DNA of 61,621 nt, the filler included, from Choristocarpus tenellus KU-1152 (Eukaryota; Protista; Phaeophyceae): the NCBI GenBank assembly GCA_964200185.2. It is 7 parts of 7 records of this genome, joined end to end, with 100 filler letters (N's around TTAATTAATTAA, not from the genome) between each part and the next. Parts side by side here need not be neighbours in the genome. Positions count along the whole stretch, not along the records: positions 1 to 28,307 come from CAXNAD020000127.1; positions 28,408 to 32,369 come from CAXNAD020016908.1; positions 32,470 to 42,711 come from CAXNAD020003050.1; 4 more parts are not named here. One strand, 5' to 3'. Positions 27,700 to 40,724 of this stretch are shown here, one piece after another. The position numbers were made by a program, and so were the translations under genes. The notes below the pieces were generated by a model, which saw only the letters and a program-made list of their open reading frames with translations, ran no database searches and was not told where the DNA came from. The first letter of the stretch is position 1. Every line of letters begins with the position of its first letter.

Positions 27700-28000
27700 C
27701 ACTTGTGGACGCTGGATCAGCTCCCTACGAGACAAAGGCCTCCTCCTCGATGTTATGTTTCCAGAAGTGCAAGCAGCTTCCAACCTACTTCACTCATCCA
27801 CCAGCAATGAATGGTGTAGCTGCTGCTGCAGCCAAGATGTGAAAGCGCACCAACTACGAGGGGTCTATTAACCCCCATTACAACCCCAACACCTTCGCGG
27901 TGGAAAGTTTTGGGCGCCTTGGTAAGCAAGCAGAAAGTTTTCTGCATGAGCTAGCTACACACACGGTAGGGGGGAGAGGGACCGGAGGCTACAACAGAAA
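27700..28000 (+). mobile_element. 3' remnant of an RLE-type (CRE/R2-like) non-LTR retrotransposon
   Basis: NTFAVESFGRLGKQAESFLHELATH matches the restriction-like endonuclease C-terminal motif. Confidence 0.65.
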
Positions 28001-28307
28001 AGGGGGGAAGGGGGGAATCCACGGCCCCGTTCACTAAGTGTGGTGGTGCAGGATGACATGGAATCAATACTGGACGTGTCAGAGTTGAGGTGGGTGGAAG
28101 ACTCCATGTCTTCCATTGACTTGTGATCTTGGGCCTCTTCTGGTGCTCTTGATGGCGCCAGGTCTGGGGTTCTCTGCTCTTGGGCCCTCCGTCTTCGTCT
28201 CGATCTAGAGTTTGGCATCTTTCCTCCGCGGTTAACCAGAAATGCCCCGTTACCCTGTTTCTGAGGACACCGGTGTTGCCAATCTGAATCGTGTGATTCT
28301 GTGGCGG

Positions 28308-28407
28308 NNNNNNNNNNNNNNNNNNNNNNNNNNNNNNNNNNNNNNNNNNNNTTAATTAATTAANNNNNNNNNNNNNNNNNNNNNNNNNNNNNNNNNNNNN
28401 NNNNNNN
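28308..28407. other. Artificial contig linker (N44-TTAATTAATTAA-N44)
   Basis: 100-bp N run with a central six-frame-stop TTAATTAATTAA, identical at six sites in the window. Confidence 0.98.
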
Positions 28408-28511
28408 AAGAGAGAGCACCCCCCACCACCGAGGGCTGTGCTCACTCCGCCAATAAACACATCCATACCACACAAGCAAAATACTCTACTTAAGTAGTTC
28501 TCTTTTGCATA

Positions 28512-30005
28512 ACTTGGAGTGCACATGCTCTCACACATCATCACTTGACAAATGCCTACCCATAAATGACCTTGGGACTTCTCCAGGTCCAGCGACCGAT
28601 GCAGTACTGGAGGAGCAGAGTGCCAAAACCCTATGTAAGGACATCGCTCCATGCACCAGAGGGGATGGGAGTGCATTGACTTGGGCCCTGGGCTGCCAGG
28701 TCAAAGGGTCCTTCCAATCCAATGGACAAGTCCAGGAAAGAGACTGTGCTGAGTGCCAGTTCCATAGTCCCACTGCCACATGGGACCATATGAACTTCGC
28801 AAGCCTTGTCAATATGTTCATGATCCCGCCTATTTCAGCCCCACCTTCATCTCTTCTCGCTCTATCCCCATGAATTCCCGATGTACTTGCACATGGAGCA
28901 CATCGGGGAAACTGTCGGGGAACCCTGTGACAAGGTCGCTGCATAGTGGTGGCCAGGAGTGTGCAGACCTGCTTTCGCGTTGGCCACTATGAGGTTCTTA
29001 TGGACAAGTCCTCGGAATTGGGTCGTGAGATGCAGAGGGTGTGGGTCGAGGACATGTCTGCAGCACCCTCAGTGGTTGCAACGGTGAAAGAAAAGAGTCT
29101 TGGTCAAGTCACACCCAAAGCATGTTCTTCACAGTGGTCTTCAATTGTGTTCTGCAGTATTCCATATCACAGAGTAGTGCACTGTACTGCTCTGTAGCTA
29201 GGGATACTCTTTCAGTGTTTTTCATGCGAACAAAATTGGGAATTGCTTTGAGCCAAAATGAACAAGAGGTACTCACACTCGCATTCTAAGGATCCCAACA
29301 ATGAAAGTGTATCCCTAGCTACAGAGCAGTACATCGCACTACTCTGTGATATGGAATACTGCAGGGCACAATTGAAGACCACTGTGAAGAACATGCTTTG
29401 GGTTTGCTTTGGGTGTGACTTGACCAAGACTCTTTTCTTTCACCGTTGCAACCACTGAGGGTGCTGCAGACATGTCCTTGATCCACACCCTCTGCATCTC
29501 ACGACCCAATTCCGAGGACTTGTTCATAAGAACCTCATAGTGGCCAACGCGAAAGCAGGTCTGCACACTCCTGGCCACCACTATGCGGTCACGGGGTTCT
29601 CCGACAGTTTCCCCGATGTGCTCCATGTGCAAGTACATCTGGAATTCATGGTGATAGAGCGAGAAGAGATGAAGGTGGGGCTGAAATAGGCGGGATCATG
29701 AACATATTGACAAGGCTTGCGAAGTTCATATGGTCCCATGTGGCAGTGAGACTATGGAACTGGCACTCAGCACAGTCTCTTTCCTGGACTTGTCCATTGG
29801 ATTGGAAGGACCCTTTGACCAGGCAGCCCAGGGCCCAAGTCAATGCACTCCCACCCCCTCTGGTGCATGGAGCGATGTCCTTACATAGGGTTTTGGCACT
29901 CTGCTCCTCCAGTGCTGCATCGGTCATTGGGCCTGGAGAAGTCCCAAGGTCATTTATGGGTAGGCATTTGTCAAGTGATGATGTGTGAGCATGTGCACTC
30001 CAAGT
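28512..30005. repeat. Long inverted repeat: arms 28512-29219 and 29297-30005, ~77-bp spacer
   Basis: Near-identical ORF translations on opposite strands (MNILTRLAKFIWSHVAV...); arms differ by scattered substitutions and an 11-bp duplication (aacccaaagca). Confidence 0.95.
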
Positions 30006-31299
30006 CAACTGCAACAAGAGATACGGTATGGGGTGTATGTGAACAGGTGGGTACTGTGACGAGATTGTGGGTAGAATTCTCACAAGGTATTGATTGCGCT
30101 GGTTTAGCAAGAGCAAGCCTTCCAGGTGCAATAGCCTCCCCAGAATGATGAATGCCTGGTCAATCCTCCCCCTTGTGTTACTCAGATGTGTTGTCAACGC
30201 CTCCTGTGCTGTCTTTACATCAGCCTCTCGTTTTGCACAGAATGCAAGGAATTTGAGTCCATACTGAACATCTCCGCCATAGCGAGCCCTTATTTATGAA
30301 CAGGGAAGCAACAGGGTCATGGGGGGAGGAGTGAGCGGTTGATTGTGTTTGCAAGTTCTAAACTAACAATTGGTAAGCGTTGCAACTTGCAATAAGCAGG
30401 CGATAATCATGCCTCTTTGAACACATCTTGACCAAGCATAGAAGTAGGTGCTAGGGATATTCCTCCATGCACATTTCCCTCTCAGTGGTCTCATTGCTTC
30501 TTGGTATGATCTGAAAGTCACAAGACTTTGTGAGGCCGAGTATACTACCACCTCATGCGCTTCTACATACTGAAACTGCCCAATCTGGTGTGAAGTGCAC
30601 AGTGTGTGTAAATGGATCTAATCAGTGTAGTGGGAGGGAATGAATTCTGTTGGAGCGCTCAAATAAAATATTGTTTCTGATTGTGTGGGAGTATGTTTTT
30701 GAACCACTTCCGGCAAGGTATACCCACTTCCAAAGGGCACTTTTGTTATCGTGTGAAGATGATTTCGTGCATCGTACTCAAAAAATATATATACGGTCGT
30801 TATGCTGTCATTGCACCAGTCAAGCTCCCTCACCTAGGAGGAATAATCTTTCAACCCGACACCAGACCCATCGACAGAAGAAGCACGATTATCGTTTCAA
30901 CTGCCCAGTCTAATCTCCGTGGCCACTCCCTCCCGTGCCACAGCTAGCCAGGTCCAACAACATTTCTTTTTCCTTACATCTATAGATTCTGGCATCTCTC
31001 TTTCGACCTGCTGGTCATCACAGCCCACAAAACAGGCCAAGGAGGGGGGTGGTCGTTGTCAGCGCGAAAATAAAACAACGGCAACCAAATACTACTCAAG
31101 TACGCAAGCGTACCTGTTCGTGGTGTTTACTGTGTAACTGCTGCTGCATTACTCTCCAGTATAGTGCATCGTAGTTACGTACATACATTCCTAGTTACGT
31201 ACGTACAGAGCAGGTAATTTTTATTAAATATATATATTCCCTCTTGGATCTGCTGCATGATACATGCATGGCCCTAAGGAGCAGAGTTCTTCAACGTGT

Positions 31300-32300
31300 A
31301 ATTGTCTCATAAGTCTTCGTGCTGGCATGATTTGAATTTTCCAAATATCACCAGAGCCTGGGGTTATGCATTGCTGCAAACCATCAATCTACTCACCACC
31401 AACTCAAATCTAAGATTTCACAACACCCTTCCAAACTCTACTCAAGTCTGCCGTGCCCGAAGAGTCAACCCTAATCCTAGCCCACATAGTTTGATCGATG
31501 TCACTTCCACCTCCTTGAGAGCAAGTGAGCCATCACGCGTGGAACGAAAAATCATCTTCACCTTTCTAGGCTGGGCCGTCCAGGTTCATCCCCAACCTGA
31601 TCCTCACACCAACTTCCGAATCTAACCCTGACCCGAAATCTGATCCTAAACGCAGCAATGGGTACTACCAGCAGGAAAAACAGCAAAACGTCTTCTACCA
31701 GCAGTGGTTTATTCAATCTCTCTTATGCACCAGGGCTCAGAAAGGTGTTGGAGGTCAAATTCAACTGTTCATATGAACAACAAGTAAAGTATTGTAAGAA
31801 AATCACCTTGATCCAGCTGTTGGGCACCAACCTCTGGCAGAGTGTTGCCTTGATCTTATTCCACACCCAACTGGTCTCAGCTGTCTCCATGACCAAGGTG
31901 AGGATAATGTAGAGCATTGTAGACACAGCATGGAGGGATCTCCTGACATAGCTGAGGCTTTTGCATTATTTGATGTTCGGAGCATATGTAATCCTTGACT
32001 GGATCTATGCTCACTTCTTCAACAAATAATAGAGCCGTAAGCTCCAACGTGGGGTGAAGTCCTTAAATGCTATCATAGATCAGTTTCTGCGGTTGAACTG
32101 TCTATAATTCAATTGGATTCTCCTGACCTGATCATAGGATCGAGCACGGCACTAGAATTGGCTGCGGAAGGCCAACATGTGGTCACGGGAGCTTGCTGGA
32201 GCTTGTAGTGCACACAACCCTGCAGAAACTGGGATTGTTACGCGAGAGACGAAGGGTGCAATATGTCAATGAACGATGGGGATGGACCTGGCGCAGCTTG
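31300..32300 (+). mobile_element. Degraded non-LTR RT remnant
   Basis: GTNLWQSVA and NAIID-like fragments in RT-motif order, with many stops. Confidence 0.35.
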
Positions 32301-32369
32301 GGGGGGGGGGGGGGGGGGGGGGTGGGTTACATTTTTTTTGGAATAGGATTTTCATCTTCTCGAGATCCG

Positions 32370-32469
32370 NNNNNNNNNNNNNNNNNNNNNNNNNNNNNNN
32401 NNNNNNNNNNNNNTTAATTAATTAANNNNNNNNNNNNNNNNNNNNNNNNNNNNNNNNNNNNNNNNNNNN
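32370..32469. other. Artificial contig linker
   Basis: Same N44-TTAATTAATTAA-N44 structure. Confidence 0.98.
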
Positions 32470-35400
32470 GTTGCCCCTGCCCTCCCCCGCCCAGCAGAAG
32501 TCCTCGCCCCTGACGGACTCACCCTAGACCTCTGAGGAGATGGTAGAGACCTTCCTTCCCCAGCAACAGTCACCGATGATGTGCCTGCATGCACTCTACT
32601 AAACATACCAGAGGAACGGCGTGAGGGGGTGGGTGCTCTGGGGGCCTCTGCCACTGCCGCAGCTAACATATCCAACCCAGCTCCACCGCTCTTCCTCCCA
32701 TCCTTCCTAGTGGTCACATTCGGACTCATGACCTCTATGGAAGCATCAGCACCAGCACCAGCACCAGCACCAACACCAGCACCAACACCAACACCAACAC
32801 CAAAACCAACACCAGCGGAAGCAGCTGTACGAGCAGAAGGGGATCCTTTGGAAGTGGTAGACATGAACGAGCGTCTGCGCATCCGAGTAGAGGCCGTCGC
32901 AGTGGCATCACCAACAGCAGACTTACCACCAGAACCTGAACCAGAAATGGAAGACCTCAAGGACACACGAGCAGCCGGCGGAGAAGACGAGGACGAGATC
33001 CCTGCCGCGGTAGAGGCCTTGGGGCCCTTAGCACACCTCTCAACACGTCCCGACCCACCAACTCTGTCACCAGAGGAACACTTACTGACAATATCAGGGG
33101 ACGACATGGTAGCAGTAGAGGGACTTGCATCATCGCCAGCAACCGGAACCTCTTCTTCTGGCTGTTTAGCATTCACAAAATTCATCCCGCCTGCCCTCTC
33201 CTTCAACACACCTGACCCAAGGTCAGAATCAACAACTCTCCTCACAGAAGTAACACCAGCAGCTCCAGCAGCACCAGCAGCCTCTTCAGAACAACAGGCA
33301 ACAGTGGCATCAGTGGACGACACTTCCGGATGCACCTGTGCAACAACTCGCTCATCCCCTCCGCCAACCCTATCACCTTCTGCAGTTGCACCCCTTGCCG
33401 AATCTCCTTCCTGTCCAGTCTGTTGCGACCTCATGAAAAACTCCTCCAATTTCACCACAGCCGAGTTGGCCTGAGCTTGCGCCTCCTCCGCATCTGCCCT
33501 AGCAACATTCTGGGCTATTGCTGCCGCTGCTGTGACCCTATCTGCAGCAGCTATGGCCTCTTCCCTAGCCAGATCCTCAGCCTTCCCAGCAGCCTCTGCA
33601 ATCTTCGCAGCAGCTTCCTCTCGGGCAACTGAAAGAGCCAGCTCGTTCTCAATAGAATGTGGATCTGTCGCCAGTGGCGACTCTACGGCTAACGACGTCG
33701 ACACAGCTGCCCCTGGGCTGGCAAGGGCTGACCCGGGAGCACAGCTGTTCGCATCTGAGACTGTCCCCACCTGAGTCAATAACGCCTCCGTCAACTCGGT
33801 ATCTTCCTCAGCCATCTCTCTGGCCACCAAAGCTACTGCCTCCACCTCTGATGTGGAGGCCTGAGTCCCCTCCACACTCTCCCCACCATCTCCGCCCTCC
33901 TCTTCAAGATCACTGTTGAGCCCAAGAGACTCTAGCAAAGCACTAACACCATCGACAGAGGTGGACTCCTCTTCAGGCACCGGGAAAGTGTAAAGCTCAT
34001 CAGCAGGAACCAGACGGTCAAAAAAAACCACCTCATTAGATGACGATGCTCCTAAGTTGTGATTGAGGCCTATCTCAATGGGAGGGGGTGGGGGGGGGAG
34101 AGGGGAAGGAGAAGGTATGCCTGCCAACACAGATCCAGACGGGGCACTTTCTGGACTGTCTCCACCAAGCTCAAGGCATCTCAAAAGGGCTCCAGCTGAA
34201 GCATCCAGGTCTTCCTCTTCTAGGTCAAAGTCATTGGGACTCCCGCCGCCCATAATTGCAGTTCTGATACGTTTTTTTAACATTAAAAAGAAAAAAAGAA
34301 AAGAGAGAGATGGGAAAAGTATCAGCAAAAAAAAAAGACAATTTAATACAAATGAATATATGCAAAGCAGGTGTGGTTACTTCACAGAGAGGCAGAAAAT
34401 GTCAAATTATTGCAATGGTGTTTTGAAAAATTTTGTTTACAACAGGTTACAGGGTATGCCTTTTCAGCATGTCATGGTTGCCTTCTGCGCCAACTGCCTT
34501 TTTAGAGCTAACGGCCACATAAAAGCAGAATACCCTGCATGATGCATTGAATATATCAAGCTGAGAACACCGCTCACCCCCCTTAATCTTACAGTCATAA
34601 GAATGGCAAAGCAAAGGATACTATTTAAGATCATCCCAAGGGATATAGTTCTTGAGAGAGCAGAGCTCTGTTACAACTTTTTGTGCATCACTCCAGGTCA
34701 CAGTAAAACTCCAAGAAAAGAGTACTGCACGACTGAGGATGGCATTTTGCCAGTGCTGAAACCAATACCACAGTGGAGGATGTAACAAGCCAAAGGGATT
34801 TGACCGAGAGAATAAAAAAATAAAAAAATGAGCAACTGTCAGTCCTCTTCCCATTGCATGTTAACCCCCTAAGCATTTGTTGCATGTATCTTTTTACAAC
34901 AAAAATGCAGCTAGGGTAGGTACAACATCTCCACGTCTAGCCACAGCTATACATCTAGCTTGTTCGATGTTAGCACCACTCGGAGGGGATAAAGGTTAGT
35001 TGCCCTTTGGCTTTGGATAAGGATCAATAGCACTTGCTCATACAGACAGCTGTGGCTTTCATGCACTGGCTGGGCCTTAACATAGTAGTCTGATTCAACA
35101 ACAAGTCAGAACCCAAACCCAGACCTATAAACAAGCAGCAATGTCTCTCAAACTCCGAAGACAGGGGTGGCCAAAGAATCAGCAGAAAAGGGAGAAGGAT
35201 ATTACCGCCCCACCTAAGCTACTAATTATACATGTGGATTGTTTTATGAAAGGGAAAAAAAACAGAGCCTGTCAGAATGGCATCACACATTTTCTCATAT
35301 GCTGAGAGAAAAAAAAAAGCACACACCAACAATTGCAAGGCTTAGGACGCTATGTGCATTAGGATCTTAATCAAAAGACTCCAGATTTGTTAGGGTTTGT

Positions 35401-36668
35401 TCAACCTCTGGCCCGGAGGAAGGGAGAAATCTTGGGGTCATGGCTGACTTGCAATGCAATGCGTGATTGTTTTTCTCCTCATCCTCACCTGAAAGACGTG
35501 TTAAGGTCTTCGAATGAAGCGTCACCCACCCGTTCAAATGTTCCCTCCACATTTTGGGACTTTGGGGTACTAACAGGTGAAGATCTAGCGCCAAGGTCGA
35601 GGGCAGGGAAAGTCGATACCATTGTCGGAACAGTTTCTACCTTTGCATTGGAAGTCTGAAGGTGCAAAGTGCTTGGAGCTGGCGGCGGGGGCATACAGGC
35701 ATTGAACCCGGAAGGGGAGTTATCATTAACGTTGGATAAGTGCGCCACTAAATCAAAAGATTCGTCCATATCGCCGTTGTCCACATCTTCCATGCTCATG
35801 AAACTCTTGTGCTGTCGCCTCGGACTCGACAAGGTCTGGCAAACAAGGGGATGGGGTTAGGTCTTTGTCAAGGACAACAAATAGAAATATCGCCAAGGGT
35901 TTGAGAACGGAATCTTATCTTGCTCGGGTCTGTGTTGAACGGGCGAATTAGGTATATGCACGTGTTCAGATGCCCCTTGAAGGCCGTCCTATAACGACTA
36001 CCTCGTGCCCAACGTCTACTTCAAAAAAATCCAAGGTACACTCATCTACCATTTCGCACACTCACCATCGTAGGGTGGAAATTACTGCGGTCGTAATCCT
36101 GCTGTGGATAAGTGTCACATGTTTCCCTGCCATCCAACGTAGATCCTGATACGATGGAATTGTCATTATCGGTCATCAGCTCGTCTGTCCGACAAGCTCC
36201 TTCGTCAAGAGGCCCGACGTTAATATCATAACAAGCAGAACAGATCCCAGCACATGGATTGAACTGAAAGTTAGAAAGGCACCAAGCAGTCAAACAACGC
36301 AAATTGTTCTCCATCTGGTGTCACCTGATCGAAATACACTCCCGACTCGTTCAAAAACATTTGTGCTTCCTATCCAACATGCTACCCCTTCAGCCATCCT
36401 CTTCCAAACTCAGACCAAATGACACAGCAACTCTGCGTCCAGAGTTTTTACACTAGAACCTCATACCATCATCTTCTTGACGCAAAAGATCCATCAAATC
36501 GCCCAAGGGAGGAGTTGGAGGGCGAACCGATCCCCCACTATGGTGATGCGCTCCAGATGCCGTACCTGGTTCGCACATTGTTTTCCTGTGCGCACCAGAA
36601 TCAAGAGGGTCTCTCCCGCGTTCGAAGGCTCGCCTTGTTTTTTTAACACTGAGCTGGGAGTCTAGCAA
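32470..36668 (-). CDS. Multi-exon low-complexity (Ala/Ser/Glu-rich, partly coiled-coil) protein of unknown function, 3' truncated by the contig end
   Basis: Long exon 34263-32470 (~600 codons open) spliced in phase to the exon ending at 35489 (TTCAG|GTGAG to CAG|AACT, F-R-T-A-I-M); likely upstream exons near 36066-36260 and 36465-36668 with GT donors; start uncertain. Confidence 0.7.
32748..32815. repeat. Hexamer repeat (ACCARC)n encoding a GV/GA dipeptide run
   Basis: agcaccagcaccagcaccagcaccaacaccagcaccaacacc... Confidence 0.9.
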
Positions 36669-37049
36669 TCGCTGGGTGGTAACTCCTGCAAGACACTCCC
36701 TCGTCTCCGTGCCTTTTTATCTCTCTCTCAGTTTGGAGGTATGTTCAATTTTGTTTCATTTATTTCCAACGGCAACAAGAGTTTAGTGGAGGCGTCTTCA
36801 TGTCATCCAATCTTCATATATATATATCAATATTAAAAAAATTATTGAAAATGGTCCATTTCAAAAAATCAATGAGATTGTTGTATATATTGTATCATTA
36901 TTAACTGCTCCACATTCTCAGACCTTTTACTCCGTCATCAGTAATCAGGGTTATCAGTTTTCACTGTTGACCTCAATTTCCAATTTTCCATGGATGCATG
37001 GAGTCTTCCACCCCCAATCAGTGAATCCTTTCTATAAAAACAATATCAT

Positions 37050-37400
37050 TATGGACGTACCTTCTGAAGGTTCAAGTAGACTGGTATCCACAAGAATCTA
37101 AATCTAACATTGGCGTCGCCGTCGGTCAATCTCAAAACCAAAACGAAATCGCCAGGAGGTATCCTTATACTCTATACAGTTTTAACCTCCACACCTTCAC
37201 CGTTGAAAGCTTCGGTCGTCTAGCCACACAGGCAGAGCAATTTCTGGATGATCTGGCGACTCACATCGTGCGTGGGTGATAGGAGGACTAGGGGTTCAGC
37301 AAAGCGACAGCAGTTAAGGCATGTCTAATAAGAATTTATCTGAAACAGTAAAAGTAGCGATTTCAAGGTGGTCATGCTTTAAGCTGGAGACACTGGGATG
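37050..37400 (+). mobile_element. Second 3' remnant of an RLE-type non-LTR retrotransposon
   Basis: FNLHTFTVESFGRLATQAEQFLDDLATH, homologous to 27880-27965. Confidence 0.65.
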
Positions 37401-37999
37401 TTGAGAGAGGAGGAGCCTAAGATCCTATCCTTTTATCGTGACCAAGCCTTAATCATGCCAGTCTAGGAGTACTATCAGGTTTGTGTATCATCATATCATT
37501 TGACGATGTAGCACAGTGTAGATGGGAAGGGGGATAGGATGGCAAGAACCTCCAGGGACATTTCATACCGCCACGTAGAAAAAATATCCAAAGTTACTTG
37601 TGGGGCACCGCCCCATTAAATCCACGGGATTCGACAGTGCGCTCTCAATGTTGCAGATGAGCCGTGAACAGAGTTAGTCCAGAAAAAGACTGGAAAAAAA
37701 TAAAAACACTTGAGAAAGAAGGAAGAACCGCCTGACAGCTCGCGCACATTCTGAGTCTGGACTTGGGGCACCAGAAATTATGGAATAGAGAGCTGTCGAG
37801 TTCAAATATAGAAGCCATGGTTGTAGACACTTAGCAAGAACAGAGTGGGGCATGCGAGCATACTGATCAAGGGACTTGGGTCTGCCGATGAGATATAATT
37901 GGACTCCATGGGACAAGGCAGACTTATGACTCTTGACCACTAGTAACAAGGATATGGTGAAAAGGGGAGTGTTTTTCTCAACTGAAAAGCTGTGATGTC

Positions 38000-39700
38000 T
38001 ATCTATTACACCTCGAAGGACTGGACTGGGGTGTGCTGCCCCGCAAATATCCTATGTCAGGAGTAAGACCTGTTGTATCAAGGATAGAGCAAGTGTAACT
38101 GCATATATCAATAGTATGACAGCTTCATACACAGCAAATTATTAGAAGCTAGGTTTGGAAGAACTGCAATCTTCCACGAGGAAATTGTTGCAAGTAGGGG
38201 CGATGTGCTAGTGACCAACCTCAAGCGAGCTTCTTAAAAAGAAAGAAGAGCAGGAACAGGAATGGTAACAATACCCAAAACAATACTTCAAGAGAAGCAT
38301 TGGCGGTAGCTGGCAAACAGCTCAAACAACTTATGACATCGGCCTTACAAGAGTTCCTTCACATCTACACCAGGATAATGGAGGACCAAGATTCACACTG
38401 TAGGGATCAAGAGGCCAGTTTCTACCAATACCTGAAAGGTTTCAAAGTTGAGAGGACCAGAAAGGGTGACTCTCAACACATCTACTACAAATCTGGCAGG
38501 CTATTGAAAGAGGAAAAAAATGAATTGGGGGGAGGGGGGCGACACTTTGAAATATATTCCAAGAAGGAGCAGGTGGTTAAACTCAACCCCAATAGTACCC
38601 AACCCCTTGTCCAATAATCCATGCTCATGGCGTTCGCTGATGTACAAATGCCGGTGGGAGGGGCAGTAGGAATCCGGACCATTGCAAATGGGAGTGTGAC
38701 TAGACCATACATGATTTGGGTGAATTGCAAAACATTGAGAAACTGTCTTGAAATGAAAAACAGCCAAGATCTGGGTACCTCCCATTTACGTTGAATCTCT
38801 CTTGTCGATCACAATCTTCTGCGACGGGTTGTACTTGCCAAGTTTGGAGTGCCTGAGGCAACAATCTTAGTCCTCCGTCACTTCCATGATGGAATACAGA
38901 TATGTATCCGCAAGGACAATGACGAGAAATGCAAATTGGTTTGAGATCAGGAAACGCGTTTCTTGAGGACGTGTTCTCCCTCCCTTCCTCTCTAACATCT
39001 TCTTTGTTGCAAAGCTAAGGGTAGAACTTAAGGACTTCAAAACTGAGTTGGCCATCTCCAATTTCCTTGTTGTCATCAAGGGAGCTACCAGAAACAATAG
39101 CATCACAGGAGGCAACACTTTCGTGGTGCATGTATGTGGAGTACGATTTTCTTATGACGATGCAGGGATTGTGTTCTTCCAAGTCAGAGAAACCCTGCGC
39201 AGGAAGATGGCGGTAATTGCAAAAGTGATTAGGTCAGTTGGACTGACTGTGTCAGTGTTGGAGACAAAAACCTTGTTCCGCAGAGGCACTATGTAGAATG
39301 ACTTTGGGTCGGCACTACAAGCAGAGTGACAAGTATTTTTCTCTTTGAAGGTGCCACCATCAGTGATGGAGCTGATACCACTGTGAAATCAGCCGAGGGA
39401 TTCAGGAAGCTTGGGGCTGTTTTCGCAAGTACAATCAAATGCTTCATGACAGGAACACAGTTGTATCACCCGAGCTCAACATTCCAATACTCAAGACTAA
39501 AGTATTTGAGGTTCTGATATATTGTTGTGTGTTACATGGGCACTCCACCAGGTCCACAACATGGAACTTACCACACCACCACGATTCCTCCTCTACTTGA
39601 ATAGGATTGGGCAGACAGGAATGCACCAATCACACATTGCTGTGGTATGAAGAAGCCCTTTGGTAAGATTCTTGTCTGAAGGAACAGTTGCACGCATGGG
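38000..39700 (+). pseudogene. Degraded RTE-like LINE reverse transcriptase
   Basis: WFEIRKRVS*GRVLPPFLSNIFF (cf. GLRQGCVLAPLLFNIFF), FSYDDAGIV (cf. LYADD), VGLTVSVLETKT (cf. FGLTVSxKKTE). Confidence 0.75.
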
Positions 39701-40084
39701 CGATGAGTGGCTTTAAAAGTGTTTTGTGTTTAAAGATATTGCGATTGGAAAGTGTGCAAAATAGGACAGGGGGCATTTTCTCTCAAACATCATGGTCATA
39801 CACGATACATATCTGGACAAGATGACTTGGCAAGATGAACATGATGCCAAGCCGGGTCTTGCTATGCAGCAAAGACCCGTTTTAGTCCATTTAGCCTTGA
39901 GGATGGCAAGGTATTCGGATGAGGTCCAATCCTGTGAGAAGCGCTTGCCAATCTTCTTCTTGTGCACCTTTCAAGTGTAAGCTCTCGTGTTTCAGGTAAT
40001 TTTTTTCTCACAACAAGTGCAAACCATACCTTGTATATCCCCTGAAATGCCCAATTAAGTGAATCCCTCGCTGAGATAAACTGA

Positions 40085-40262
40085 GCCTCAAAGTATCTCG
40101 TAAGGGGAGGGACGTCTACACCAGGGTGTCCATTCAGGGCCTGACCAGGGAAAGTGCACTTTCATTATCCATCCAACGCTGCAGCCAAATCACCCAAAAG
40201 TAGCGACATGGGAAATTGGGCCCCGAATGGACAGCCATCACCTCCCCCACATACTCTGAGTC
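40085..40262 (-). mobile_element. MITE family A, diverged full copy
   Basis: gcctcaaagtatct...gtctacaccagggtgtccatt...ccaaatcacccaaaa...tggacagcc...atactctgagtc. Confidence 0.8.
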
Positions 40263-40465
40263 TGGATTCCGCATGAGATACACTTGAGTGCCTCTGGTGT
40301 GCCAGATTGGTGGGCACATATGACGAGGCTTGGCTACCTCCGAAGTCCTCACGCCTGCAGGTCCTGTAGCACTAGATGTTACAGCAAAAATAATTTGTTG
40401 AGGCATTGGTGGAGTGGACTCAAGATAGAAGTTGTAGAAGTCCCCTGCACGGTGTTGTGGCCTTT

Positions 40466-40724
40466 CAGTCAAAGTATCTTAGAGGGTAGAGCCGCGTCCA
40501 TTTGGAGGCCAAAATCCAATGTTGCGATTTTGATGTAATGTTGGCTCTCCTGTTTGTTAGGAAGTGTCAATATCCTTGTTTCGGAGCCACTTTTTCATAA
40601 TGTATACATTTTACCTACTCCGAAACATTATGAAGTATGGAAAATGTAAAAAAAAGCAGTGGGGAAGCCAAGCCCCAAATGGACAAACAGGGCAAAACTC
40701 GTACCCTCTAAGATACTCTCACTC
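40466..40724 (+). mobile_element. MITE family B, full copy (~260 bp)
   Basis: cagtcaaagtatcttagagggta...taccctctaagatactctcactc. Confidence 0.9.

Noticed and set aside
32581-33474. 297-aa plus-strand ORF (and similar antisense ORFs at 16598-17294)
   Set aside because: Antisense shadows of GC-rich low-complexity coding exons
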